Source: Nemertoderma westbladi (lineage: Eukaryota > Animalia > Xenacoelomorpha). From it: 64,000 nucleotides of DNA. Location of the stretch: contig JAUCBJ010001992.1 of the NCBI GenBank assembly GCA_032718475.1, positions 61,939 through 125,938 on the forward strand, given 5' to 3'. A program made the position numbers and the translations under genes. The notes under the pieces are model-generated. The model was given only the letters and a program-made list of their open reading frames with translations, did not search any database and had not been told where the DNA came from. Below, piece by piece: positions 24,065 to 36,389 of the stretch (position 1 is its first letter; every line of letters begins with the position of its first letter).

Positions 24065-24795
24065 ATGTTCAAGGAAACTCTTCAACTGTCAAATCTTGCA
24101 GCTATTGTTGCTGTGGAGTGTTTGGAAGAGAGCCATGGGAACTCAAACGAATTGGTTGAAAGAGACAATGTAAGTTTGTTACCGGTAGCTGGCAATACCC
24201 GAAGCGGTTACCCGGTGCGGGTATTTCCCGATAATTGTATTGACTACCGGTAGGCCTACGCAATGCGGAATGCAGTACCATTAATGTGTACTGTAATCCA
24301 AACAACCGAGCCGGTAGTGGTTCCGCCAAAACCGGCAATAACCGGTACCAGTACCGAACATGAATTAAACTTTTCGAAAAGTGGCCTATAATGAGCGCTC
24401 GTTAAAGTTTATAAACACATTCCAAGTCCCAGCGCAATCCTTCCGCCCGTTTTGGAGGAGTTCCAGCTCAACATAGAGTGTAGAGATAGATAGACATAGA
24501 GAGAGAATTTGACTTTTATAGGTATAGATACAGATATACCAGTATACTAGCTGACAATACCCGTGGCGGGTTACCCGGTAACCCACCGGTACCGGCGGGT
24601 TACCCGGTAACCCGCCGGTACCGGTAAAATATTTTCTAATGAATAGATAAATAATGTAAAGTTACGCAATAATTATTATTGTTTTAGGATAATGACCAAG
24701 AAGAAGTAGATCTGGAGGCTACCGGACAAAACATGTTAAACAAAAAATACGGCCATCTGATAAAGCGGGCTCAGGGCTGGGAGAAGATTCAATAA
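24065..24795 (+). other. Possible two-exon ORF remnant (24065-24169 + 24688-24795, 70 aa) inside the TIR element
   Basis: AAT|gtaagt donor and gttttag|GAT acceptor join in frame: MFKETLQ...ERDN/DNDQEEVDLE...KIQ*. Confidence 0.3.
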
Positions 24796-25779
24796 AGAGT
24801 TGATGGATCTGTTCACTGTTGGCTTATATCGAAACTGGGATGAATAATGTTGAAGGATTTGGGGAAATTCAGGGGAAATTCGACGCAAATAACAGCTGAT
24901 TATTCTCAAAAATAAAACTGTAACCTGTTCTATAGTGTTTAGTTTATTGTTTTGGTTAAAATAACGTGCCACTGTAACCTGCTCCTTTCCCTAAAGTGAA
25001 GTTGAGAGTCGCTTTGTGGTTCACTGGAAGGGGTATTGCTACTCCCAATGCTTATGATCCCAAGAATTACAATAACGAACACAAATACACGGATGCTACT
25101 AATTACACCATCGCGGGTAGGGAACGCAATGTGTAAAAAAATTTATATGAAACATTTAATTTTATTTCACTAAAATTCCTAATGACCTCCATCACCATCT
25201 CGCTTTCATGGTTGCTTTAAAGTATTTCGTATAATACGATATGATATATTTTTTATTTACTATAAAATTATTTACTTTAACGTTTTTATTATTATTTATT
25301 TTGTAGTTTGAATTCCCAATGAGTTGTAGAAGAGATACTGTACCTTGGTCTACAGTTCTATATGATTCATTAAATACAACTGCTACATGTATATATATTA
25401 CCAGTTTATTATGTTATTGGTTATTCTTATTGGTTTATGTTTGGTTAATATCTACAATATAAATTAATTAATTATTTATAGTTTAAAAAAAGTATAGTTT
25501 AAAGTTTAAAAACTTCCACCAAAAATATTTTACTTTACTTTTTTCGCCGGGAAAAAAAGTAAAATCAATGCATTCCGATTGATTACTTTTTTCCCTAGGG
25601 AGAAAAATTAAAACTTTTTCTCCCGTTTTTGGTGTATATTCGAGCGAAAAAGTAACAATTTCAGAATAAAATAATTTGTGCCTAACGGAGACTTCGGTTC
25701 GAAGATTCTTGCTTTCTTGAGGAGTTTGTTTCGATGTACAGATGTAAGAGTCACAACAAGATGTCGGGCCTCTTTTTCC

Positions 25780-26420
25780 CCCATTCACTTGCTTGTTGTG
25801 TCCATATCAACATCCAGTTCACTTACAATATCTTTTGTATATAAGTAGAGAATCAGATAATTATCTGTATTGTTTAGTTTCGGTTGAGTTCCGTGGAACA
25901 CAATGTTGTTTTTCCGTTTAAGTTGTTTCTTCTCTTCTAGTCTCATTTGTTTTGACAGTAGAGCAACACGACTGCTTCTTTCACTAGAACTGCAACCCAT
26001 CTCAGCGAACAATAATAATTATACTATGGCAAGTTATATTTTCTGATATTGGCTTCCGACAAACACCCCCCCCCCATGCGCGCTTATCTACACACACATT
26101 TGTCTTTGCGTCACTCATGGCACTTGTGGGCCACCGTAATTGTTGGTGTTGTCTTCGTCTTGATGTAGCAGTTTGATATCGAGGGTTCGTGTGAGAAACT
26201 TCAAATTCTAAAATTACATGGTCACTTGCTCCAATTCCTGGTAGGTAGATGAATCGCATTCTCGTCGCCAGATAAAATTAGGTCTAACATGTGTGGGGTT
26301 TGTCCATGTCCATAACGAGTTGGTTTGTTGTTTTAGAAACAAATCTTGCCCACTGGTTAAAATTAAATCTCTAAAATTTAATAACGGGTCGCCAGTGGAC
26401 AAACTCTCCCAATCCGTGTG
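25780..26420 (-). pseudogene. Highly decayed LINE fragments (APE endonuclease C-terminus and ORF1-like piece; CR1/L2-type)
   Basis: DLILT and GASDHVILEF endonuclease motifs; KRKNNIVFHG ORF1-like motif. Confidence 0.55.
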
Positions 26421-27407
26421 ACGGTATGTGTGACAGGATCCCCGAGTGGCGTGGGAATCCCGACTGGTGTGTTTGCTTTTGGATAATACGCGTTGCCGCG
26501 TCCGCTGGCTGCTGAAAGGCTTGTGGTATCTGAAAGGCTGGAGGCCAAAAGAATAACTGAGTTTTTAGTGGCAGTTGTTCGTAATGTCAGAATACAATAA
26601 TAGCACGGTTACTGACGACGACGACGGTTTAAACCGTCTTGCTTCCACAGCTCTACACAAACAAACTGAACAACAGGTAATAAAGGCAACGGTTATGTTA
26701 CTAACACATATGGAATATTGCTACTTGCTACGTGGCCTGTGGATGCATCCCAATCAGATGGTGTTCTGCCCCACCATTGGCTAACCTATCCTTCCTTCCC
26801 TTGGCACTCCCTGTTCCCTTATACCCACCCACCTGCTAGCTCACTTCATCCCCCTGAGATGGCCTGTAGCCTCTCATCTCTCCTTGTGGCTGGCAATATA
26901 TATTGCCTTCGTTGGTTGTTAGGTGACATTATATTAGTAATGTCACCTAGCCAACTATAATTGGTAAAAAGCCACTCTCCCCATTTTCCGCTAGGTAGTG
27001 TAGCGAATTGGATCCGCTCACAGTACGAGCTTGAGGCATGTTAAAGTCGCCTGATATTATTAGATAATTTGATTTTGGCGAGTGGATTGCGGTACACTGC
27101 GCGCGTGTGTGTACATAAGTAGCTATGAGATTGAAAATATCCTTAGAAATTCAAAAAAAGGCTTACCATTCTGCCACCACATAGGCCTTTAGATAAGGCA
27201 GTAAGTAATTGTAGCTTCTTATGCTGTTATAGCAGTACTGCAGTACACTGGTACAGCAGTACAGGTAGTACTGGAGGACAAAGGCCAAAGGCAGGGAGGG
27301 ACTGTCCAGCACGCTGCTGCTGCATGTTGAGCTATCACAGTGTAAGACAGTAAGAGGGCTGGAATTACCCAATTCTTTGGTTTTTTGACGGAGTTGATCA
27401 ATGTGTG

Positions 27408-28046
27408 ATGTCGTACGGTGGAGATAGTGGGCGTGGCAGATTTAGGGGCGGACGTGGCGGGTTCGGTGGCGGCCGTGGCGGGTTCGGTGGCGATCGTGGC
27501 GGGTTCGGTGGCGATCGTGGCGGCTTCGGGGGCCGAGGAGGGGGGTACCGGGGGTCCCCGCGAGGCGACTTCCGAGGCGGACGCGGCGGGTTCCGTGGAG
27601 GACGGGGTGGCTTCGGGTACGACGCCGGACCTCCGGATACCGTCGTGGAACTCGGCGACTTCGTTTATCCCTGCGAAGGCGACCTGATATGTAAGTGCAC
27701 GAACGAGAAGATACCCTACTTTAACGCGCCCATTTACATGGAGAATAAAGCGCAGTTAGGGAAAGTTGACGAGATATTCGGGACAATAAAGAACCACATG
27801 TGTTCCGTTAAGATGAGCGAGAATATGAAAGCGGATTCGGTTAAACCCTCGACCAAACTCTTTATTGATCCCGCCAAACTATTGCCGTTGCAGAGATTCT
27901 TAGGGCCTCCGCCAGGGGGCAGAGGCCGCGGCAGGGGGGCACCCAGAGGGGGGCGGGGTGGATTCAGGGGACGTGGGGGGCCCCGAGGGAGGGGGCGTGG
28001 GGGGTTCAGTAGGGGGAGGGGTGGCTTTCGCGGAAGGGGGAGATAA
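27408..28046 (+). CDS. GAR1: H/ACA snoRNP subunit GAR1 (intronless, 212 aa)
   Basis: N- and C-terminal RGG/FGG domains around the core [10 protein letters not shown]...[25 protein letters not shown]...KLLPLQRFL. Confidence 0.97.
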   Translation: MSYGGDSGRGRFRGGRGGFGGGRGGFGGDRGGFGGDRGGFGGRGGGYRGSPRGDFRGGRGGFRGGRGGFGYDAGPPDTVVELGDFVYPCEGDLICKCTNEKIPYFNAPIYMENKAQLGKVDEIFGTIKNHMCSVKMSENMKADSVKPSTKLFIDPAKLLPLQRFLGPPPGGRGRGRGAPRGGRGGFRGRGGPRGRGRGGFSRGRGGFRGRGR

Positions 28047-28504
28047 ATGCGCGAGTTCAGGAGTTAGTTGCTATTACACCGTTTAATACAGCAATGAAGT
28101 TTTTATGATCTCTAATCTATCGAGTTTATGAACTGTTTCAAACAACAACTTACAAGAGTTACTCGATTTAACGACAGTGATTTTGATCGGTTTGTGTTTC
28201 ATTGGTGATGTGAACAATATTTTCATTATTTTTGCAATACGTTAACTGTTTCTGTATTTTATATTTTTAATTGTCTGGGATGAGTTGATTGCAGCAATAA
28301 TTATATTTTGTTCCACTGACGTTTTGTTTTATTACGATAAGATTATTAATTGAACATCTATCTATGTTGTTGATATTGTTGTTTTATAATGTTTGGGTAA
28401 ATTCAGTACGACAGTAGGTATGTAAAAAACGTTGCCAACGGCATTGCAATGATAATACATTTATATGAAGTCTTTAGTTATTAGACTAGCAATCCAGGCG
28501 CGCT

Positions 28505-31250
28505 AGTCTACAGTACATCTACGCTACAGTAATATCTATTATTCTATAGGTACTAGTCATTGGTCAGTAAGGATGGCACATTTTTGCAAATTCACACTTT
28601 TGCTTATAAATCCAGTTTACATCAACCGATTTTAATGGTTGATGGCTCGTTTGGAAGATTAGAGCGAGCTCTACAACATAGATAAAATCTGAGTTGCACA
28701 CTAATATTGTATTTTCACTACAAGAAGTCAAGTCATAAAAATGTATACCTTGGTGTCTACCTTGGGCGTTGCAAAATATAGTCCCCATGAAATAAGCTGC
28801 CATACCAAAAATATGACTTGAATATCTTGGCCAATATTATATACCAATCGATAGAGTGGACGTTGCTTCTTCATTTAATCACAAAGGGCACATAAACATG
28901 ACCCATGGCTTAAAATAACGTCTAGCATTGCAAACTATATAGAATTTCACTTTTTTCTTAAAAAACTACTGTAAAAACAACATCTACGGACTGTCTAAAT
29001 GGGGTCGGAATGCCGCCAAATAAATATTTATTGTAATAAGTATTGATTCTACTTCCCAAATTATATATATTCCACCCGCGTACTTCCTGCAATTTGACCA
29101 CACAATCTGTTTAAGGAGGGTAGGACACGATTTTGGATAAATATGTATACCCTTGGAACATGACTTTGACTGCCTGTCATTTTCTACAAACGAACGGGTT
29201 TATATCGGCACTTACAATTTTAATTACTTCTATAGAGCCCTTTGTGTTGGCTAAGATAAATTGTCGCTGCCCTTCCCGTTTCTATGATACTGCAGTATAT
29301 TGGTATACCTTGGTATAAGACGGTATCCCTTGGAATTTGTATCCCTTGGAAGTGAAAGAGTTTGTTCGTTCCAAGGTAGACATTTTTATACCAAGGTAGA
29401 CAGTTTTAGCTCATTATACATATTATTATAATGTTCAAGGTATACTTATCAGTGTGATAAACAATGGGACAGCAACATGCCAAGCTTCTATAATGTTTTC
29501 AAGGTATACAATGCAATTAATACACGGTAGGCGTTTAACAGCACTACTACGATATAAACAATGGGGCCAAGCTTCAACAACGACTCCAAGGTATACAATA
29601 CAATTAATACACGGTACATAGGCATTTAACAGCCCCAATACGATATAAACAATGGGGTCAAGCTTCAACAACGACTCCAAGGTATACAATACAATTAATA
29701 CACGGTAGGCGTTTAACAGCCCCACTACGATATACACAAAGGGGAAAGCTTCAACAACAACTTAGTACAATTAATACACGGTAGGCGTTTAACAGCCCCA
29801 CTATATGGAATTTCAATGTAGCATTCTACTATAATAGCATCGTTACTGTGATGTGCCACCTATTTAACTCAAGTATCTCCAGGCTTGAAATCAGAATACC
29901 GTTATAATTCATTTACCGGCACTTGGTAAAATAACTTAAGGGGCGTTCATGAGGGGGGAGGGGGGGGGGGGGGGGGGGGGGGGGTATCTGACGAGTTCCA
30001 ATCATTCGCAAAAGATAATATAAGTAGTTGCCATTTCTCGGTCATTTCGCTGGTCGATTTGAAGGGTGAACATGATAGTCTTCCAGAAACATTAACTTCC
30101 CCCAAACTCATTCCAAAAACGAGACAAATTCACCAGACAGAATGGATCCCGTCCCAGAAGGAATACCTCGTGCTAAACTGTTCTCATTACCTGTAAGGTA
30201 AATTCTGTAACAAGTACCATCTGAGGTATTTCAATCCGGACAAACTTCCTCAAAGAGCCACGAAAAATAGGCTGTCGAAAATTGCTACTGTCCCAACCTC
30301 TAAACCGCGAGATGCATGCTTACATAGCATTTCAAAGGAACTAGCTTAGCTACCTCCTACCACCATGTTAACTTAGAGGCGATGAAACACGCAAACTAGT
30401 CGAACAGATTTTCTGGGGCTTCAGTTAACTATTCTGATAAGTTAATGAACATATTGAATTTGTTTATTTGTAATGATTTGTCGTGTTTATAGCAAATGAT
30501 GTCGTACACAACACATACAAAAAACAGACATATGTAAATTACTATCAATAATTAAGTAGTTACAGTGCATCTGTCTCCCGAAACTTTAACTATTACATAT
30601 AGGCTTACTCTGAATATTGAACTGAATATATTGACCCCAGATATAGCCTACCTTATTTACTTGTTTTAAAAATCACTAATATCGTAACCCTTGATACACA
30701 AATCTCATGCCGTAAAGATTGAACCCATGTTTACCTTGTTACACCAAACGACGAAGAATACCTTGGTACACTACCTTGCTACACAACACGTATACCTTGG
30801 TACACTACCTTGCTACACAACACGTATACCTTGAAAATTTAACCAATGTATACCTTGGTACACAAAATGTATACCTTGGTACACAAATTGTATACCTTTG
30901 GTACACAAAACGTATACCTTGAAAATGTAACCAATGTATACCTTGGTACACAAAAATGTATACCTTGAACCCATGTATACCTTGGATGTCTACCTTGGAT
31001 AGCATTTAGCGTTACTTCGCCTATAAACCTTTTAGACTTGAGTATATTTATATATTTTTGCCAGATCTGGAAAGAGCTCAAAAAGACGATTCCAATGGTA
31101 TATAATATATTGGGGTTCGGCAAGAAATAAAAAAAAAATATTTTGCAACGCTTTGAGCCACGTTTATTGACCAATGACCTACTGTTAGTATCTATTATAC
31201 TATAGATACTGTTAGTATCTATTAATACTGTAGATACTACTGTAGATGCT
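28505..31250. mobile_element. Degenerate transposon-derived region with GTATACCTTGG repeats on both strands
   Basis: Imperfect inverted ends (gtcattggtca about 28557 vs tgaccaatgac 31168); many gtataccttgg / ccaaggtatac words, densest at 30760-31000. Confidence 0.4.
29478..29805. repeat. About 87-91 bp tandem repeat, about 3.5 copies
   Basis: caagcttcaacaacgactccaaggtatacaatacaattaatacacggtaggcgtttaacagc... Confidence 0.85.
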
Positions 31251-32211
31251 CTCAAATTTAGTTTATAAAATTTTTGGATTTTATCAAATAAAAGTATTAA
31301 ATATACCCCCCGCCCCATCCCAACGCCTTAATAGTGTAGTATAAATGTAGTCCACAATACAATATAATAAAAAATAGTACAGTATAATTCTATCAATATA
31401 AAGGACGGTGTTGACTCCCCCCAACTTGTTGGTTTATGTCTTACAGCCTTTGAGTTATAGAGGCGATATACTGGTAACATTCGTAACATCCCGACAGGTG
31501 AAATGCCAGATATACCAGTTGCTCTATTGTATGTAGTACTAATTTACTATCAGTATTGCCTTAGTGCCTTATTTTAGTTCTAATGTAATCCGCCCTAGTC
31601 TATTGCATTGCAATGGTGCCGGGAACTGGAAAGCAAAAGGGTTGGATGTATTGAAGGAAATAATTTACTCCGTTTACATTTGCATCAATTATGAATTATT
31701 ATTAAATATATATCATTATGATTAAATACTTATAATTTAACAAAACAAAACAATTATTATTTCGTTTTTGGTTTCGTTATTTACATGTATTTTTATTTCG
31801 TTTTTCGTTATTACTAAAATTCATTCACCCGAAATTGGTAATAAATTCACATTCGCCCATACCTTTATTGAGAAGGCTATCTATCAGCTGTACTAGTGCT
31901 ACCCTATGAAGAATTTCAAGTTTGTAAGGGAGTGGAGTTTAGGCAGTGTACCATAGGGCCTAAGCAAACCGTAGGCCTATGGGTGTACTAAGTATATACA
32001 ATAATCTTGGCAATCTCATCGATTTATACTAAAGCCTTGTGTAGAAGTCCATTCATTACAAGCCATTTTTCATCATGAACACCAGCAGTTATTGGTGTAA
32101 TTTTACCATTGCGTCTATGGCACTTTTCGTTTATTCATTTTTTGCAAAAACTAATTACTGTATTTTTCTGAAAATTACTTTATACAGAGCCCAGGACCAC
32201 GCTGAATCCAA

Positions 32212-34862
32212 GGGTAGGTGTAAAACGCGGATCCGGATCCGGATTCCGGATACGGATCAGGACCCGGATTTGCGAGTGTAAAAGGCGGATCCGGATTTAC
32301 ATACAATCCGTAACTGAGTGTAATATGCGGATTCTGAAATACGCAATCCGTATTGCAGTGTAAAACGCGGATTCATATATTTTATGAATCCGGAATGGAG
32401 TGTAAAATACGGATTTTCGTTAATTACCAAGTTTTATTGGATCCGGAATGGAGTGTAAAACACGGATTTTCGTAATTACCAAGTTTTGTTGGATCCGGAA
32501 TGGAGTGTAAAACACGGATTTTCGTTAATTACCAAGTTTTGTTGGATCCGGAATGGAGTGTAAAACACGGATTTTCGTTAATTACCAAGTTTTATTGGAT
32601 CCGGAATGGAGTGTAAAACACGGATTTTCGTAATTACCAAGTTTTGTTGGATCCGGAATGGAGTGTAAAACACGGATTTTCGTTAATTACCAAGTTTTGT
32701 TGGATCCGGAATGGAGTGTAAAACACGGATTTCGTTAATAACCAAATTTTGTTGGATCCGGAATGGAGTGTAAAACACGGATTTCGTTAATTACAAAGTT
32801 TTGTTGGATCCGGAATGGAGTATAAAACACGGATTTTCGTTAATTACCAAGTTTTATTGGATCCGGAATGGAGTGTAATACACGGATTTTCGTGAATTTC
32901 CAAGTTTTAATGGATCCGGAAAGGGGTGTAAAACGCGGAAGTGTTACTAGATCCGGGAAGGGGTGTAAAACGCGGATTGATTCAGGTTAATTACAAAGTG
33001 TTACTGGATCCGGGAAGGGGTGTAAAACGCGGATTGATTCAGGTTAATTACAAAGTGTTACTGGATCCGGGAAGGGGTGTAAAATGCGGATTTACGTTAA
33101 TTACTGAGTTTGTTAATGAGGGACACAACTATTAATGAGGTACACACATTAATGAGGGACACAAACATTAATGGGGGACACCTTAATAGTTAATAGACAC
33201 CTTAATAATTTGTCTATGTCTAGGGGCCACACATAAGCTTAATCCGGCTCTGCGGGACACCTTAATAGGGGTCAATGCTTCCCAATGAATTATTAATAAG
33301 GGCGATGGTGATGTTTGGCCGTCAGACATTATTAGATATTGATTAGCTGAAAAACTACTACCGTGGGAACGTGACCTCTCTGGTAGAGCGGCTCTGTAGA
33401 CAATTGTATGGTAGGATTACTGTCCTGTTCCCTGATTGGCTTATCCATCCCAACCTCCCTTACAAACAAGAATCACTGTTCTGCCTAGCTGGCGGTTGTT
33501 TGTACTGCATCAATGCGTACTCTATTTAAGGCCTTGCAAGCTTGCTGCCTTCCTAATTTATGGAGGCTGAACTGTTCAGTATAATTTCTTATTTAATTTC
33601 TTATTAAACATGGATGACAGTGATGACTTTGTAAAGGTTCCATTTACGGGATTCGTTATTCCGAGTCCAACCAATGATACAGCCATTGTTGAGCCGCTTG
33701 AACTCACTACCTAAACATCGTGCACCCCGAGTCCGGAGAAGAAAAAAACCAGGAAAGTCAGCAAGCCAAGAAAAGTTACTAAAGAACAATAAACATTGCA
33801 CTAATTAATAATTGTAACTAGATGAGGGTCTGGGTCTTTATTGCATATGCGTTTTATAAATTGTTCATTAAAACTTACTAATTAACTTGAATCCGCGTTT
33901 TACACCCCTTCCCGGATCCAATAAAACTTGGTAATTAACATAAATCCGTGTTTTACACTCCATTCCGGATCCAATAAAACTTGGTAATTAACGTAAATCC
34001 GTGTTTTACACTCCATTCCGGATCCAATAAAACTTGATAATTAACGTAAATCCGTGTTTTACACTCCATTCCGGATCCAATAAAACTTGATAATTAACGT
34101 AAATCCGTGTTTTACACTCCATTCCGGATCCAATAAAACTTAGTAATTAACGCAAATCCGCGTTTTACACCCCTTCCCGGATCCAATAAAACATGGTAAT
34201 TAACTTGAATCCGCGTTTTACACTCCATTCCGGATCCAATAAAACTTGATAATTAACGTAAATCCGTGTTTTACACTCCATTCCGGATCCAATAAAACTT
34301 AGTAATTAACGTAAATCCGTGTTTTACACTCCATTCCGGATCCAATAAAACTTGATAATTAACGTAAATCCGTGTTTTACACTCCATTCCGGATCCAATA
34401 AAACTTAGTAATTAACGTAAATCCGCGTTTTACACCCCTTCCCGGATCCAATAAAACTTGGTAATTAACTAGAATCCGCGTTTTACACCCCTTCCCGGAT
34501 CCAATAAAACATGGTAATTAACTTGAATCCGCGTTTTACACCCCTTCCCGGATTTAATAAAACTTTGTAATAAACCTGAATCCGTATTTTACACCCAATC
34601 CCGGATTCAGTAGAAATATGAATCCGCGTTTTACACTCCGTTCAGGATTTAGCCTAAAACATGAATCCGCGCTTTACACTCCGTTCCGGATCTGAAAAAA
34701 AGGCCAATCCGCATTTTACACTCGGTTACGGATTCGGTAAATTTAGCAGTGCACGGATCCGCAGATTACACCCTAAAAATGTAAATTCAGTCGACTTCCA
34801 TAGGGACAATGTTAAATGATAGAATCCGGATCCTGATCCGGATCCGCGTTTTACTCTGACCC
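32212..34862. mobile_element. Foldback transposon of Mutator/MULE type with satellite-like inverted arms and 9-bp TSD
   Basis: TSD tgaatccaa at 32203-32211 and 34863-34871; termini gggtaggtgtaaaacgcggatccggatc / gatccggatccgcgttttactctgaccc; arms of 50/51-bp repeats in opposite orientation (about 32212-33110 and 33880-34862). Confidence 0.9.
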
Positions 34863-34871
34863 TGAATCCAA

Positions 34872-34975
34872 CGGTATTTTCCTCATATCGCGAGAGCCAG
34901 TAGTTTAGGAGGAGATGGAGGAACAAACAAACATACAAACAAACATACATACACAATTTGAGCTTTAGATATAGT
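34872..34975 (+). mobile_element. 3' part of a Helentron/HINE-like host element split by the foldback
   Basis: (ACAA/ACAT)n microsatellite followed by ctttagatatag; continues the sequence left of 32203. Confidence 0.4.
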
Positions 34976-35423
34976 TACTTATCACATTAATCTTATTGTT
35001 GTAATATTATTACGGTTTTGTTCAGAAATAGAAAAAGACCTAACTCCAATTAATTTAATTAATCTTATTTTTATTAACCAAATTCTAAATACTAATACTA
35101 AATTTTATTTAGATATTGAATGTTTTGCAAAATTTAAATTTATTATAACAAGTGGTAGGTAAGTTGTTTAAAATATTAATCGCATGATTGATTACTATAC
35201 TACGACATGTTATTGAGGTCATGGTAACACCACCCCCCCCCCCCCCCGGACCTCCACACCTAGAATTTATTAACATTTATTAAATGTCATTGCTTTTTTA
35301 TTAGAAATTAATTTTGAAATAAAATAAAACGATTCGATTTATCGTACCTTCGCCAATCACCCCAATTAATATATATATTCTACGAAGCTAAAATGATCCA
35401 GTTTATAATTAGTATTCATTTAT

Positions 35424-36389
35424 TTATTTAACTTGGGATTTTTTATCTTTCATGAACGATGTGAGTTGCCTCATCTCGTCGTAATTCGAAAACCCAGAAA
35501 CATTTTCTATGAGTTCCTTCCAAATGTTATCCATAACCTCCAAACACTGCTGCGGTACATTCAATCTCCCTTGACCTACTCTTCCACCCCCTTTGCGTAC
35601 TTTGGGTCGCTTTGGTGCGGCGTTTTCCTCAAAGTTTTCACTTTCCTTCCGTAAGCTACCCTGCCAAGGTCGTTGAGATTTATTTAGGTCGAATAGATCG
35701 GCTCTGGTTGACATGTAATCGAACGACGACCTTTCCAACACCAATTCTTCTAACTCCGGTGTCAATTCAATATCCATAAAACCAGCTATCTCAGAAACAC
35801 ACAACTTAAGATCTTCCTTTAAATCCTCGAAGTATAACCACAATACGCTTGTGTCGTTGCGGTGCGGTAACCATGACGCTAAATTAGACCAGTAATGGAA
35901 TATACCGGGCTCAGTGTACCGCCTTACGGCTTCGTCGAAAAACAACTGGAAGTCAGCGGATTCTGTTTGGAGACCCAACGTGTAGTTCATATGGTGGAAA
36001 GTCGAGTACAAAGTGTCTGCGGGGGTTCGTGTTACATAAATATATCGCGCTCCTTTGGGGATCCATTCGTAATTGTCATGGGATTTGTAGCATCTAGGGC
36101 GCCACTTTTGGGTTGTGTAGTCGATCTGCTGCAGATAGTCTGCGTTCAACCACGGCGGGGGGACGTAGGCCACGACGATATCGATTTCGGAGAATTCCTC
36201 GTCGCCTCCGGTACGGAGTTGGTGGACAATCTGTTGGATCCAAGTTGTTCCCGATTTACCGCTCGACACTACGAATAGGTCAGTGGGATTGGTGTCGACT
36301 CTAGGGGTTGGCGGCTTCCGCGTTTGGCCCGAGAAGAAAGCCCATCTGTCGGCGTACATTTTCTTTAAATTCGGTTCCGGAATATCCAT
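35424..36389 (-). CDS. Cytosolic-type sulfotransferase (Sulfotransfer_1), intronless CDS, about 321 aa
   Basis: 5'-PSB loop GKSGTTW, KSH catalytic His, 3'-PB RTPADTLYS, LWLYFEDLK, RKGGGRVG. ATG at 36389 preferred to the TTG start at 36470. Confidence 0.93.
   Translation of the reverse strand: MDIPEPNLKKMYADRWAFFSGQTRKPPTPRVDTNPTDLFVVSSGKSGTTWIQQIVHQLRTGGDEEFSEIDIVVAYVPPPWLNADYLQQIDYTTQKWRPRCYKSHDNYEWIPKGARYIYVTRTPADTLYSTFHHMNYTLGLQTESADFQLFFDEAVRRYTEPGIFHYWSNLASWLPHRNDTSVLWLYFEDLKEDLKLCVSEIAGFMDIELTPELEELVLERSSFDYMSTRADLFDLNKSQRPWQGSLRKESENFEENAAPKRPKVRKGGGRVGQGRLNVPQQCLEVMDNIWKELIENVSGFSNYDEMRQLTSFMKDKKSQVK

Larger units (their letters stand above)
20282..24991. mobile_element. Kolobok-like TIR element containing nested insertions
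   Basis: Perfect 22-bp TIR ggaaaggagcaggttacagtgg (20283-20304) / ccactgtaacctgctcctttcc (24969-24990); TTAA on the left; subterminal taaccaaaacaataaac at both ends; the right end recurs at 63326-63450. Confidence 0.6.
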
